Positions 13,001-26,959 of a stretch of 64,000 bases of DNA are shown one piece after another (the stretch's first letter is position 1; every line of letters begins with the position of its first letter). This DNA is from Octopus sinensis. Taxonomy: Eukaryota. A model generated the notes under the pieces. It had not been told where the DNA came from and did no database searches. It saw only the letters and a list, made by a program, of their open reading frames with translations. Location of the stretch: positions 79,050,001 through 79,114,000 of the forward strand of contig NC_042998.1 in assembly GCF_006345805.1 (NCBI RefSeq), given 5' to 3'. The position numbers and the translations under genes were made by a program.

Positions 13001-16000
13001 AAACAAAACAAATCTAGAGTGGGTAATTAAACTATTTTTCTTCTTATAAATATGAACCTCAAATCAAAATTTATTTAATAATAGTTATAAAAATAACAAC
13101 TCTACCATTAAGTGAGCATATCACAATTCCCTTCACCACTACTGCTCTCGTCTTGTCCATATTTGTTTGAATGTGTTATACCAAATTCTGCCATAGACCC
13201 TCCCCCAATAACTTGTTTTTTTTTACTTTTTTATTTCATATGTGTTTTTGGAGGTGATACTATGTTGAGTTTTTTTTTGTTTTGTTTATTTTTTGTGCTT
13301 TCTTCCTGTGTGGAAATAAGATTTTGTTGTCTTCATTCATAGGCTCCTTCCAACCCAGTAAATATTGCCCAAGGAGTGAACAACACACCAGATCTTTATG
13401 CTGCTCTTAGTGCTGGCATGACTGAGTCATAAATTTACAAGGACAATATATTTCTGTGTCTATGTGTGTGAGCATGTATGTGTGTGTGTGCGTCTATATA
13501 TATATATATATACACATACACACACACACAAACTCACTCACTACATGCACATACATGCATTAAAATGAAATCGATTACCTTTTTAATCAGCGATTCAGAG
13601 ACTTTAAATGCCAGCTTGCTTGCTTGCCAGCTTCTGGTATCCTCTTGTTCTTCCTAATATCATCAATAGAAATTGCATTACATGGAACAATTTGCACCTT
13701 TTAGTGCATTTTCAGTTAATACAGGAGATGTGCTTGTGCACTCTTTTAAAGGAATAATGTTTCGAGTGCTTTTTTTTTCTGTTTTGTTGTTGTTGTTATA
13801 TATACATATTTTTTTCCCTTCCTCAGAACTGTTTTGACATATATAAGCAAACAATTGGTTATACAACAACGTCAATAGCACTCTCACTAAAGAGCACACT
13901 TAAAACAAACACACACACACACAACACACATACATATACATACATATATATATATATATTTATATATATATATATATTTATGTATGTATGTATATATAAA
14001 CAAAGAGAAACTTAAGTCTGCTGAACTAATAAACATTCTGTGATTTGATAAGTTCCTCTTTTATTAAATTAATGGTTTTAATTTGTTTTGAGTTTTTTTT
14101 GTTTTCTTTTTTTTTTGTTTAACTTTTAAACCTTTGAAAAGTTAGTAAAGAAAAGAGTCCAGTTATTTGGGAACCCTTAATATGCTTAGAGCCATGTGTA
14201 GCAAATTCTAAGACATCAGTTGGGAATATTTTAGTTTCATTTGAGTTGATTCTCTCATTTCAGTTGGGGCCAACATATTCATCTCTTTTGAGAATTACAT
14301 GCTAATATCATGTTTCTTAATTGATAAGATGAATGATTTGTGCTCCCACTAGGGAAGTATTTTATTTATTTATTTATGTATTTATTTATTCACTTTTTGT
14401 TTCTATATATCACCAAACAAGAACAGGCATTTGAACAACTCTAGATCTTAAATTATAGTTTCAGATGACTGCACTAGCATTAATGTTCATGTAGCAAATA
14501 ATCTTTAACATCCCTAACAAATACACATTATGTGTTCACCTGAAGGTCTATTGTACTCTGTGGCCATCTATATTCTTTTCCTTGTTATTTACCCACCCCT
14601 CCTCCCAGAAATAGATTTGAGCAGTCATTTGTCCTCTTTGGTCACTGATACATAGTAAGATATAGTCAGATATAAAACCTATAAAGTGCTTTCAGCTCTT
14701 AAACATTGGGTATTTTTACATGCAAGAACACATATGCAAGATGCATACATATTTATTTCATGTTGCTTACCATGCATGCTTGGGCGTTGCATATGTTAGC
14801 AAACAAAAATGAGGTTGTGTTTTTTCATTCTGCTTAAATAATACTCATACCATGACAGAAATTATATAAAGCAAAATATGAATGTCATATTTTACATGTA
14901 CATGGAGCAATTTAATGTACTAATTAATACTACCTATCAATACTTTCAGCTAATTAAGTTCAATTGTAAAGCTTGTCCATGTAGGAATGGAAAAGATTTA
15001 TGAGAAAATTAAGTTCAACAACTTGTTTATTTTGAATTACATTTATTCATGCATATATCTTCCATTGATCCTATAAAACCCTGACTGACAAGAAGCTCCT
15101 TGCTCCATGCATGTATAAAATACTGGGGTTTTTTTATATTTTGTTTTATATTTTTGTGATCTTGTTTTTCTTTTTTCATCTAAGGTTAAATGTTTGGCTA
15201 ACTTATGGATTATGGACACATACCCTTTTTCAATGATTTTTCCTTTGTTCTGTCTTTATGTGTGTGTGTAGAGAGAGAGAGACAGATAGACAGACAGAAA
15301 CACTGTTAATTTTACACATCTCAGTTCACTTAGTTATTTGGAATATTAACTGTGTTACACTGCCATCATATGAAGGAGAGAGATTTATCATTAACGCACT
15401 TAACATGATAAACTTCCAAACGCGCTACTCAGTTTATTAGTTTATGGCTTCTTGTTAGTATTTGACATTTCAATCGAAAAAAGTAATTTTATATACATAC
15501 ACACAGAGGTCTATATATATGACACTATATAAGTAGTGTGTCTAGATGAAGTCATCTTGGTAGAGAGCTATTCTTCTCAAAGCAATATCCATGAAAAATC
15601 TTTATATCAACATCCCTTCAAAATCACAAAACATTCTTGACAGCACTTCCACTGCTAATGATGGTGAGTGAATTATTTCTCTCCTCTAGTCACCAGGCAA
15701 CCTGTCATTAACAGTTGATACTACTTAGTCATCCCGGTTGTTCAAATTGGTGTGGACAGAAGTCAATTTTGTCTATCACCTGCATACCACTGGAACCACT
15801 ATCAAGATATTTAGCTGTCTTAAGTTAAGTCTCTGTCTATAAATATATACTGTAGCTGCTATAGTTCACCACTATAAGTAGTAGCTTTTTGTGTAACTAA
15901 TGAATTATTAATTTGCATTAGCAGTACTAAATTCAGTTCATTCTATAGATAAAGCTACCTGCTTTGTATCTGAAATGAGAATTATTTTATCTGTGTTACA

Positions 16001-16639
16001 CAGCTGAAAACAGACCAAAAACAAGTAATATCCCTATGAATCCTTTATTCAGAAAATTATTATCAGCCACATTTAGTCAAGTTAATAATGTATCTAAATA
16101 TCAGTCAAAGGGTCTACACATTCTATTTTGTAGCCTATGTGTATGACCAAACACATAACATTCAAACATCTCAGTACATCTATCTGAACATCTTTGCTAT
16201 TAGCTAAGTACAGCCTGCCATTTTAAGCAGCTGAAACAATGCTGTCGATATAATTAATAAAGGTACAGCAGATTCTATGAAGCAAGCATATGAAGATGTT
16301 ACTTTATAATAATGAAACATGAAAAATAAATGTTGAGAGTCTAGACAGAAAGAAGACAAAGACTTTTTTTGTGTCTTGGTTAAAGGAGCAGGTCAGTGCC
16401 ATGATTTTTGTAGGACCTCTGGGACTGGTGGGAGAAAGGGATGAAGATTGTTGCTGACCACTTCTTTGCTCCTCTAAGAAGCTTAGCTTATACTTGCATG
16501 ATGAATAGCCAATAAAAAGGAAGACATCTGTAGGTATTAGTACTTGTATTTGTTGACATGTCTCTGCTTGAAAACCACTTTCATTTATACCCACTTGTGA
16601 GCAATGGTTGCAAAGAAACAGATTGAACTCTTCAAAAGG

Positions 16640-16800
16640 CATTTCATGGAACACAGATGAGCTGTGAGAGTAGCTGAAGCTGAACATTAAAAGGTATTAT
16701 ACAACACATGCAGGAGAAACAACTGCATTGATATGAACATGTGGTGTAAATGTCCGATAAGTGATGTGTTCTCTGAGGGAAAGTTACTTATAGCACAAGA
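16640..16800 (+). mobile_element. Highly decayed RTE LINE C-terminal fragment
   Basis: atgcaggagaaacaactgcattgatatgaacatgtg resembles gtgcaagagagacgattgagctggtgtggtcatgta (VQERRLxWxGHV) at ~55025. Confidence 0.35.
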
Positions 16801-17884
16801 AAAGAAAAGAAAAACTGAACTTGGGTCTCAAAATACTGGGACTCATAGGCAAAAGTAAAAGAGGAACATGATAAGCGAGGACATACTCTACTGCAAAATT
16901 CATTCAACCCACACTAATATATGAAAACAGACATTAAAATTTTAAGGGAAAGATTGAGACAATTGTGCTGTTTGTTTACTCTGTAGTACTGAATGTGCCT
17001 CTCATGAAAAGTGATTTAAGAAGGATAAGCTCTATCAGATGACTAGCTCTATCTATAATAAAGTAATCAAGTAATTGATTCAATGGTTTATAGGACTTCT
17101 ACACTATCTCACTTTTAGTGTTTTACTAGTTTCTTACACTATAATATTTCTGGTGTCCCTGGAACATATAAGAAGACTAAAACATTTTATCAAATTTAGG
17201 TCTTTATTTGTGATAGGAAACTCATCCAGCTGTAGAAAATCTGTGTCAGTGGATTTTGTTTGGATCAACCAAGCATAGAAAAAGTGTACATTAAAATGAT
17301 GATAATGAATTCATGAAATTCAAAAAAGAGTTATTCTGACATTATGTCAGTATCTGTGTCCCCTAAATAATTAAAGACATAAACAGCTAATATGAATCGA
17401 TATATGCACAAATGCATGCATACAGATATACACACACACAAAACCATGCATAGAGTTGCTTGCAAATTAACCTGGGGAGCAGGTTAAAAGATGAGTTAAG
17501 CCTAGTAGATCTATCTAACTTGAAAAGAAAAACTCAAAGTTAGCTTTTTGTAACTGATCGTAGAATCCCCAACAAACAACATACATTTATGGATCAGGTT
17601 CTGACAATAAGAAGTTGGTGTTTACATGGTTATGATATTTAGTATTACACTCACGTTATTAGATGGTAAATTCAAATCTGCTGCTGATATTTTGTGTATC
17701 TAGTTAGGACACTTAATTTCAAATGCCAAAGGGAAAATTTATCTATTATGTGCTTAATGATATAAATGCATTGTTATTTGTGAAGCTTTCGCCATTTAGG
17801 AATATATATCTACACACAAGTTTGTTAGGCTTTCAAATATGAAATGTTAATATATTGTCTTCTATATAAGGTACCATACATATC

Positions 17885-18120
17885 ATCATTTTAACAATCA
17901 CTTTTCCATGCCCCCATGAGTTAAACAATATTTACTGAGGTAGAGTCTCTATGGTCAGATGCCACCTTTGTTGTTAACCCTCACCTGTTTCCAAGTAAGT
18001 TTATATTTCCATATCACCAGACATATTTTCACAAGATTGGAAATGAATGACATTGCTTCTAACACTCATTTACAAGTATCACACAATGTCAATGCAAGGA
18101 GACAGTAACACACACATATG
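17885..18120 (-). mobile_element. SINE 3' half with RTE-type tail (same subfamily as 42270-42670)
   Basis: catcattttaacaatcacttttccatgc...cctcacctgtttccaagtaag...gattggaaatgaatgac matches 42275-42460. Confidence 0.65.
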
Positions 18121-19693
18121 TGAGTTTGTATCTATGTCTTTATGTATGTATACATACATATTTACATATGCATGTATATGTCTGTGTGTGTGTATGTTTA
18201 TATATATATAATATAAAAGAGTGGAGATTCAGTTGGATAGTTACATGTGTACCTTGGCATTATAAAGTTACAATGTAATGCCATTGGTGCTACATTAATA
18301 ATATTTTTATTTATAATTTTATGTTAAACCATTCTCAATACATTTCTCTATGTTATCTATGGAGTCCGTTAATTTATGGATCTCCTGTCATTTTAGTTCA
18401 TCCTTCTATTCTAATGCTTGAGGTATTCATCTCTTGTCATCATGCACCTAACTTGCTACTTCTTAACCAGTGTGCCACAGCACACAATATAGGTGCACTT
18501 CAAGGATTATCTAGGTAAACTGACTTTTTTTAAATATAACCTAAAGCTTTAGAAAATCCATTCTAAAGCCTGAGTATCCTGATAAACATGTAATTCATAA
18601 TTTTATTATATACAAATATAATAAAAGAAGGTAAGTAATAGTTTTTATATTTTCATCTAAATGTTTAACTTCTAAAAACTGTTTTTCCATGTGAAGTATG
18701 CCACTAATTTTGGGGTCTCCAGTATACTCCTCAACCTTTTATTCTATCCCTAGTGCTCTACAAAGTTTAAAAAAATAATAACAAGGACTGACCTCATAAC
18801 GATTGTTCTGTCAGCAGGAATTCTGTTGGTATTTTATCATATCTATTCTTCAAAAATATCCCCTGCCATTTTCTTGCCTGTCTCCTCCTCTGATTAAGCC
18901 ATAAACATATAAATTTCTTGATCTGACTCATGAATAGCTGACAAGACATTTCATACCTCCTTTTCAGCCCTCTTTCAACCTATTATTCCCCTGTTCATAT
19001 TGCTTGCATCTTGCTTTTCTTGTCTTTTTCTTGCTCCTATTAAAGTAACCTTTGCTTATTCCTAGCATTCTATCTTCACTAGCTTCAGTGGACATTTTTT
19101 TCCATGCCTATACTCCCTTCTTTTAAACAGATGTCAGCTTATCAATTTCTCTTTGATATATTCCTTTCTTTCTGTCACCTGGTATCAATGATTTATTTTG
19201 CTTTTGTAGTTATTCTTCTTCAGTAACCTATCTTTTTGTTAGAAGCTTGTTAGACATGAAGCTTGTTAGAAATTGTTTTAGTTATCTTGAAAACATTCTG
19301 TTCAGTTTATAACTTTATCTATAGTGCTGTAGATTATTGTATTAATATGTGAATTTGTGAGAGTTCACTCAATGACTATTACACTAATCTTTTAAAATTA
19401 CACTTGAAATGGTTTTTAAAAAATGAAGGAGGAGCAAAAAATTCCATTGCAGAAAGTATTGGCTATATTAGGTTAAAATTTTGTCTGATTATATATTGCT
19501 GGAAAACAATCACATCTGACTATAAACAATTAATTTTTAAGCATAAAAATAGAAAAAAAGATCTCTTAAATATTTACTGAAATTGACCTCATATTTCACA
19601 ATATCATTCAGTCCTATCTTTTACTGTAAATTGTAGTAATGAAAGTGCGATTGTCTGTGTCCCTAACTTTTGTAATAAACCCCCTATAGCTTT

Positions 19694-19739
<46 letters not shown>

Positions 19740-20008
19740 AAATATATATATATGTATATATATATATATAATTATTTTCATGAAGATTTCTACTCTTGCT
19801 TCAGCTCTAATAATTTTTTTGTCTATCATGGGTATCAATGTAGCAATGATGTTAAAAATGCCTACAAAAACATTCTCATCTATTTTTATAAATTTTAAGC
19901 CTGCTTACTCAATCCCCACATCTCTTAAGCCCTCAAATCTCTAGAATGTTTTAAACTGTCTTGTTTTCATGTAACTTTGAAAAGTACATATTTTTGTTTC
20001 ATCCTTGT

Positions 20009-20237
20009 TTAACCCTTTAACATTTAGATTACTCTGTCAATAAATAAGCATTACTCTGTAATGCTTATTTATTCACACTGGAATTAATCCTGCATTATCT
20101 CTTGGCTTTGAGATTTCAATGATGTGATTGTATATTTTTAGAATGACATTTTAAGGTATGTGCGAGAGGCTAGATCTAACCAGTTTGACCATAAAACAGG
20201 TAGAATATTTAGACTGGTTTAAATGGTAAATGGTTAA
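20009..20237 (+). mobile_element. piggyBac-type MITE (TTAA ends)
   Basis: TTAA|CCCTTTAAC...AAATGG|TTAA; internal gtaatgcttatttattcac...ttttagaatgacatt shared with 22815 and 27600 copies. Confidence 0.65.
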
Positions 20238-22814
20238 ATGTTTGCCAACAAAAAGATTGATTCTCAAGTGTCTTTCCCAAATGCTCTAAGATAAATTTAT
20301 GATGTTTATTTTTTATTGTTGTTGTTGTTTTGTATGTGCTTGTTTTATATGATATCAAACATTGGTGGTGTAGGATATAAATGGCTATAGTGTTTGAAAA
20401 TAACGAATCAAGCCTTTCACTGCATAAATTCTATCAACTGCTCCCACTGTAACTTAAGGAATCTTAAAACCATAATTTTAACAACAATCACATCAATATT
20501 TATGGCATAGACTGGTGGTGCGCTGTTGAATTTCTCTGAAATTAGATTTTGGTTCATTCATATTTTAAGAAAAAAAAAGAAAAAGATTTGAACCACAAAT
20601 TGTTATTTTCCACCTCACAATCAAGTTTCAAAATAATTATTGTTATTATTACTAGTATTAACATGTTAAACATTTTGGCATGACTGGGCTTTTACATATT
20701 GAAATTATTTAGTGTATATAGCTTTGTAAGAGGATAAGGATTGAGAATTACTGATGTAAAATACATTTATTCCTTATTGGGTAGAAACATTTATGTTTGT
20801 TATTGTTTAGGTCCAGGCTGGCCTGATTTGATAGACCAAGGGCCTATGATGAAAGCCTTGCAGCTGTGACCATCTTGTTTTTTGAATTTCTTTTTCTGTT
20901 TGTTATATATCAGGGATTACCTTCTCTATCTTACTCATAGACTACATTGTTCAGAGTGTCCTTCCGTTTTTACAACATGCTATAAAGTGTAGTTTAATGA
21001 TGATTTGGTTACTGTTTCTAGCATACGATTTGGTTACTGTGCAGGAGGAGGCCTGTTACTGGTTTGTAGCTATTTTAGTTATTTAGCCTCAAATCATTTT
21101 CAATTGAACTTACATATAATGAAAGACATTCCTTCTATGACTATTTCCTAGACACCAAGAACTAGCTCATCTAATGTGTCTGTTTCTAGACAGCCAGCTG
21201 TAATTTCAATCAAAAGAACAAAAGCAATGTTGTTTGTTGTATTTTTCGTTATATAACTTAACTGTTTGATAAATAGACACAAATATAAGTATTAGACAGA
21301 AACCTTGCTAGTGGTGTTCCACTATGACCACAGTCTATTGACTGAAACCTGTAAAAGCAGAATAAAAGAATGTGAATGAAAGAAAGGAGAAGGCAAACTG
21401 TTTTGAGTATGTGAGATGATGATGTAACTGTATAAGTGTGAGAAAGAAAGAATGTAATTATATGTATTCATCTTTGTTTATATATGAATACATCCGACTA
21501 CAACATGTACTGCAGCATAAAGCAGGTAATGTACATGTCAGACATGCATCTCTTTAAACATGTGCATGGCAGTGGGTATCCAAACATACACACCAAACAC
21601 ATGAAGGTCAAAAGTATTGATACATATAGAAATATATAAAAATACAATCTTGCGTGGTATGAAAATGGTATTGGCTCCTATTGTGATGTGATTGGTAATC
21701 GGTGTTGCTTTCTTTGCAAAACATGCACAAAGAAATTTTAATATAGAGACAGATTATCCGAGAAGAGAGTAAAATAAATGATGAAGTGTTAGGGCAAATG
21801 TGTTGTTGTATTTAGGCTTTGAACAATTACATTTAAATTTCAAATGCTGCTAGGGTTGATTACCATTCATATCTTGTAATTATATGACAATGCCCAACAG
21901 AAGAATGTTGAATTAAATGCGTTACATACAATATTTGATTTCATGCTTGTGATTCCAAGTCTGAAGTTATCATAAAAGAAATCTCTTAGTGTAGAAGTTG
22001 TAAATAGCTCTAACCCAGCATATTACTGTTTTCTAATTTTTATTTCTTTCCATAATGATTACCTACTCCTATCTCACAGGAACTCATGTTTTATTTCATG
22101 TGGGAAATTGTAATGATATATTATGTGTTTATGATTCTTGTGAACTTAAATGTCATATTTTTGATGAGATATCACCTACCCTTACTCACAGGGCTCTTGT
22201 CTATAACATACATACATACATATATACATACATACCACTACTAATCTACGCATTTTGCAACTTAGTTGCACAGGTAACCTCAGTTTCCATTTTCTCTTGA
22301 TAAGAGATTTTTAAGCCAAAATATTATGGGGGGAAGTGTAAACCCTTTGTCATTGCTTTGCTTTTCATTTCATACTTTTATTGCCAACTTGCATTGTAAT
22401 AGCTTTTTCAAACACTTTTGATTCTAGTTTATGTTTCATATAATATAAACTATACCACTTTACATATACATACATATAAAGATAAAACAGAATTCAAGGA
22501 GACTGGTAGTGGTCTACATCAGCAAAACTTATTATTTGGAAAAAGTAATAGAAAAAGTATAGGAAAATTGCCATGGGGAGTGGAGTATCCAATATTTGAG
22601 ACATCCTTCAAAGTCAAGATGACAGGTAGAAAAAAACAGAAAAGACAGTAAAGTTTTCCATCTCTATTTTTGAGTGACTGGCTACAACTAATGGGAAATA
22701 CAAGATAACATAAGCATGTTTACATAGACAGGAAGTAGTAGGAGAAACGAGATGAGAAAAGGTGAAGAAAAGTGAAATGTAAAGAAACCGGTGAGTGTGA
22801 GACAAAGATGAAAA

Positions 22815-23065
22815 TTAATCCTTTAGCAATTAAATAGGCCATGTCCAGCCAAAATATTCTGTCACTTGTAAGTTCAAACTGGCTAGATCCTACTTCTCAT
22901 ACCTACCCTACAATGTCATTCTAAAAATAAATAAGCATCAAAATCTTGATTAATTCCAAACAATATGAATGATTATGCATTACATTTGGCATTACATTAT
23001 ACATTACATTAAGCATTACATTAAGCATTACATTTGGCAGAATAGTCTGAGTTCTAAAGGGTTAT
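22815..23065 (-). mobile_element. piggyBac-type MITE, with internal amplification of (gcattacatt)n
   Basis: ttaa|tcctttagc...ctaaaggg|ttat; reverse complement of 20009-20237 family. Confidence 0.65.
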
Positions 23066-23409
23066 GGTGAGAGAGGAGTTGATAAAATTAAAATGGAGTT
23101 ACTGAACTTAGAAGGAGTGATAGAATATAAAAAAGAATGTTCATTTAAACCCGTTGGTGCTATGATGTGAATACAAAATGTTTCTTATGTTTCCAGGATG
23201 CTGATAAGTGCAATGTAGCCATGAAGCTCTCTCACAATAAACCTGTTCTTACTCTTTCCATCATACATGAATCTCTCAACACCTTACATAAAGTAACCTC
23301 TGTATCACTATTCTCTCTCTTAGGTAAAGGTGTGTGGGCAGAGTGCTCTTCAGTATTGTAACTTACAAAGGAAACTTCACTAGCTTTGATGCACACAGTA
23401 TACCTCATA

Positions 23410-23540
23410 AAGTGGTTGGCAATAAGAAAGGCATCCAGCCATAGAACTGATGCTAAAACTGAGACATTGGAGCAAGACCTGTTAGATCTAACCAGCCAAG
23501 CCATGCTAGGATGGAAAGCAGGCACAAAAAAATAATGATG
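23410..23540 (+). mobile_element. RTE-type 3' tail fragment
   Basis: gtggttggcaataagaaaggcatccagccatagaa...ccatgctaggatggaaagcagg. Confidence 0.65.
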
Positions 23541-23796
23541 GAATGGTTTATGTTGAAATACATGTTGACAACTTGGGACTGAAATACACTGTAATATCCT
23601 TCAAGTGTATTTGCAAAAGTAATTGACAAAGTGACAGCCTGTTTCTCTAATGTAAAGTGTACCACAAAGTTTGCAGATGATGCAGTGTATGAGTTTGGAT
23701 AATATGCAGGAGAAGTTTTAGATGATGTAGTACTGTGACATAGACCTGGTGATGGATGTAATGTTGTTAATATAGGGACAGGTATTGCATTGCTCG

Positions 23797-23947
23797 AAGG
23801 CGGCGAGCTGGCAGAATCGTTAGCATGCCGGGCGAAATGCTTTGTGGTATTTCGACCACCGCTGTGTTCTGAGTTCAAATTCCGCCGAGGTTAACTTTGC
23901 CTTTCATCCTTTCAGGGTCGATAAATTAAGCCCCAGTTACGCACTGA
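23797..23947 (+). mobile_element. SINE family A, young (CpG-rich), 3'-truncated
   Basis: ggcggcgagctggcagaatcgttagcatgccgggcgaaatgct...gagttcaaattccgccgagg (A/B-box-like). Confidence 0.85.
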
Positions 23948-24260
23948 TGAACAGACTTTATTGTTTTGGTCCTTCATAACAATATCTAGTTTATTTGCTT
24001 TGATGGTCCGGTCTTTACATACTGAGAAGTCCCAATGAATAGTTACATTTTCTCCCTCAGTCACAGACTCAGTCTGGTGCTTGTATCATTTGTTAGCAGT
24101 TTTAATTTTATAATGCTGACACATTATCCAATGTAGATACTGGCCAACTCTGTCATGTCTTGATATGTACTCTACAGGTACTAAAACCTTGCATCCAGTG
24201 ATCAGTTGGTCCACTGTTTCAATCCCATTGTTGCTGTATTGGCACTTTGGGTCTACACCA

Positions 24261-24308
<48 letters not shown>

Positions 24309-24319
24309 TATTATATTAT

Positions 24320-24535
24320 AAGGTGGTGAGCTGGCAGAATCTTTAGCATGTCAGGCAAAATGCATAGCAGCATTTCATGTGTCTATGTTCTGAGTTCAAA
24401 TTCTGCTGAGGTCGACTTTACTTTTCAGGGTCGATAAATTAAGTACCAGTTGAGTACTAGGGTTGATGTAATCGACTTACCCCTCTCCAAAATTTCAGGC
24501 CTTGTGCCTATAGTAGAAATGATCATTATTATTTT
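24320..24535 (+). mobile_element. SINE family A, preceded by (ATT)n
   Basis: ggtggtgagctggcagaatc...aaatttcaggccttgtgcctatagtagaaatgatcattatt. Confidence 0.85.
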
Positions 24536-24564
24536 TATTATGAAAGTAGTGAGCTAGCAGAATC

Positions 24565-24700
24565 ATTTGGTGTCTTTTATGTGGCACCAGCACAGATGCT
24601 TTTCACATGGTACCAGCACAGGTGCTTTTTACATGGCAACAGTACACAAACTTTTTCGTGTGGAACCAGTACCAGCAGGATCACCAAGCAGCTTGCAAGG
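24565..24700 (-). repeat. Tandemly reiterated RTE 3'-UTR motif (tgcttttyacatggcaccagcac)
   Basis: Three to four degenerate copies of the motif seen at 1483-1500 and 1544-1570. Confidence 0.5.
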
Positions 24701-26719
24701 CAGAGACCTCTCAGCTGAAGAAGGGAGTAGAACCAAGCGAAGTGGCTGAGTGCCTGGCAAGAGGTTAATGTACAATAGAGGGACAGAGATAGTTGTTTTA
24801 CAATTGAGAAGATATTTTGCCACCCAAGTTGGACAAGGAAAAGGTGGAATATGAGAGCGAGAGAGTCAGAATGAGAGTGGGAAAGAATTAGATAGTGTTG
24901 AAGATGTATTGGGGCCTACCAACAGGGAACAGTGCTTTTCATCCCTACTGAAGTACAAGTAATATACTTAAAATAATTATGCTTCCCTCCATGCAAGCCT
25001 TTACTCTCATGCCAATGTAAAGAAATCATTATTAATATAATCATAATGAGGATGGTGGTATCAATGGTCTGGCTTTCATTGTTATTGTGATAATGATGAT
25101 AATAACTGTATAAAAATTGCTAAAGTAAAGTATTTTAAGTAGCTGAATTGTTAGCATTCTGGTCTACTGATCACCTATTCATGCGTTCTGGCCTAACTAT
25201 TGCCATCTGAATGTAGTTTTCATCAGAGGCACCTTTACTCTATTTGTTCTAGTCTCCTATGTAAATATAAATGCCATCTTAGCCCATGAGGCATTTAACA
25301 ACTGGTACTTAACTTTGATCTCATAACATTAAGAAGGTGAGATATAATTCTGAAGTTTAAATAGGACACTAGTCAACCACAGATGATACTCTTTGGCAAT
25401 CTGTCACTTATTCATAGCAGATAGGAAAATATAATAAAGTGTTTTGTTCAGAAACACAATGAAAATTAATATTGCAGCTTTGAGCTTTCAAGTTATAAAC
25501 AAGTGGTATAGCATCTCATCCTAAAACCCAGTTTTCATTGTATTTTTAACATATAATAATAGAAAACTAAGAGCATGCATAATTTCTGTTTTTATTAACA
25601 CTTTAGGAGGGAAGGCAGTGTCTGTGTCCTTTCACAAGGCTCAGATAGGTGAGAGAGCGAGAGATCAAGGATGACATTCTCAAACTGGAAACCTGACCTG
25701 AAATGCAGCAGAGTAGATTCCATTAAAGTCACAGCAGTTGCCTGGTGATGGTGTTAAACCAGACAAAGAATTAACTCTACTACCCAACTCTAACTTAGAC
25801 ATGGCAATATTTATGCTTGCATTGAAGAAATGGTCAAGGGCCATTCCTTACCATAAGCATATCAGATGCCATGCATTTCATTACAGGAAATACATTTAAA
25901 TATTTGATGAATCTAGTACACTGCTTTTTTTTTGCTTTTTTGTTTCCAAATGTTATCAACAATCATATTCATATTTTGTTTTTAGTGTATTGTGCAAGGA
26001 CTTCTTTCAGGCTGTTTACAAAAGAAATGTCTTTTTCATTATCTAGCTCTTGTAGTTCAGTTTACATTTGCCTTTATAGGCATTTCAAAGTGTATTTCCA
26101 TAAAGAAGATAATATTGTTTGGTTAACTGCTACTCCAGGCTAAACAAAACTCCATTGTGAATTATAAAGAATATTTCTTTGAAAATATCAGATCCTGCCA
26201 TAATATCTTCCTCTCAGCACCTAATCACATTACATCCTCTCTTTCTCTCTCTCTCACTCCCTCTCTCTCTCTCTCTTATTTCATCAATCTGCAACTAGTT
26301 AACTGAATATCCCATTACATCAGTTAGATTTTTTTTTCCCCAGTTCCTTCTCATTAAACATGAGTTTTTATCATGCATTACTAAATATTTATTATGATAC
26401 CTTTTAGCAGGTTGATGTACATAGAATCATTGTTCACTTTATATATATATAAAAAGCAAATAAATTCATATCAGTATTTATATAAGCAAATAAATATTCA
26501 TATCTAGGTGTGTGTATGTGTGTGTGTCTGTGCGTACACATACTCACACACACATATATGTTTTTCATGGAATTTCTATAGATAAGAAAATACTGTGACA
26601 TTCATCAACATTCAGGTTAATTTGTATTTCAAGATAAATCTTTTTTTACATCCGTATGTGTATATGTGAGTGAGTGATGTATGTGTATGTGTTAAGTGCA
26701 CTCACACATATACACACAC

Positions 26720-26878
26720 AACCAACAGCTTCTGCTTGATATCCATCTATCAAATTCCACAAGGCTTTAATTGACCCAAGGCTATGGAAGAAGACACTCA
26801 TGGTATCATACACTGGATCGAATCCAGGAATTCATGGTTACAAAATAAAACTTCCTTGCATACAGACCTGTCTGCTCA
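26720..26878 (-). mobile_element. Decayed SINE family B head/core
   Basis: ccatctatcaaattccacaaggctttaattgacccaaggctatggaagaagacact matches family B reverse complement. Confidence 0.6.
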
Positions 26879-26959
26879 CATTATGATGTATATTTTGTGT
26901 GAGTATATGCACGCACATGTTGGTGCATATGTGTATAAATGTATGTTTGTTTTTAAAAG

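Noticed and set aside
13343-13432. Possible exon after tcttcattcatag| (APSNPVNIAQGVNNTPDLYAALSAGMTES*)
   Set aside because: Only 29 codons, no recognisable homology, no partner exons; expected by chance in 64 kb
16304-16687. 127-aa minus-strand ORF
   Set aside because: No motif; overlaps a decayed plus-strand RTE remnant
22059-22196. Degenerate ~27-bp direct repeat (acctac.c.t..ctcacagg..ctc) about 113 bp apart
   Set aside because: Two weak copies only; not a CRISPR-like or regular array
23600-23790. TKFADDA RT-like motif
   Set aside because: Too decayed to assign; the motif alone is insufficient
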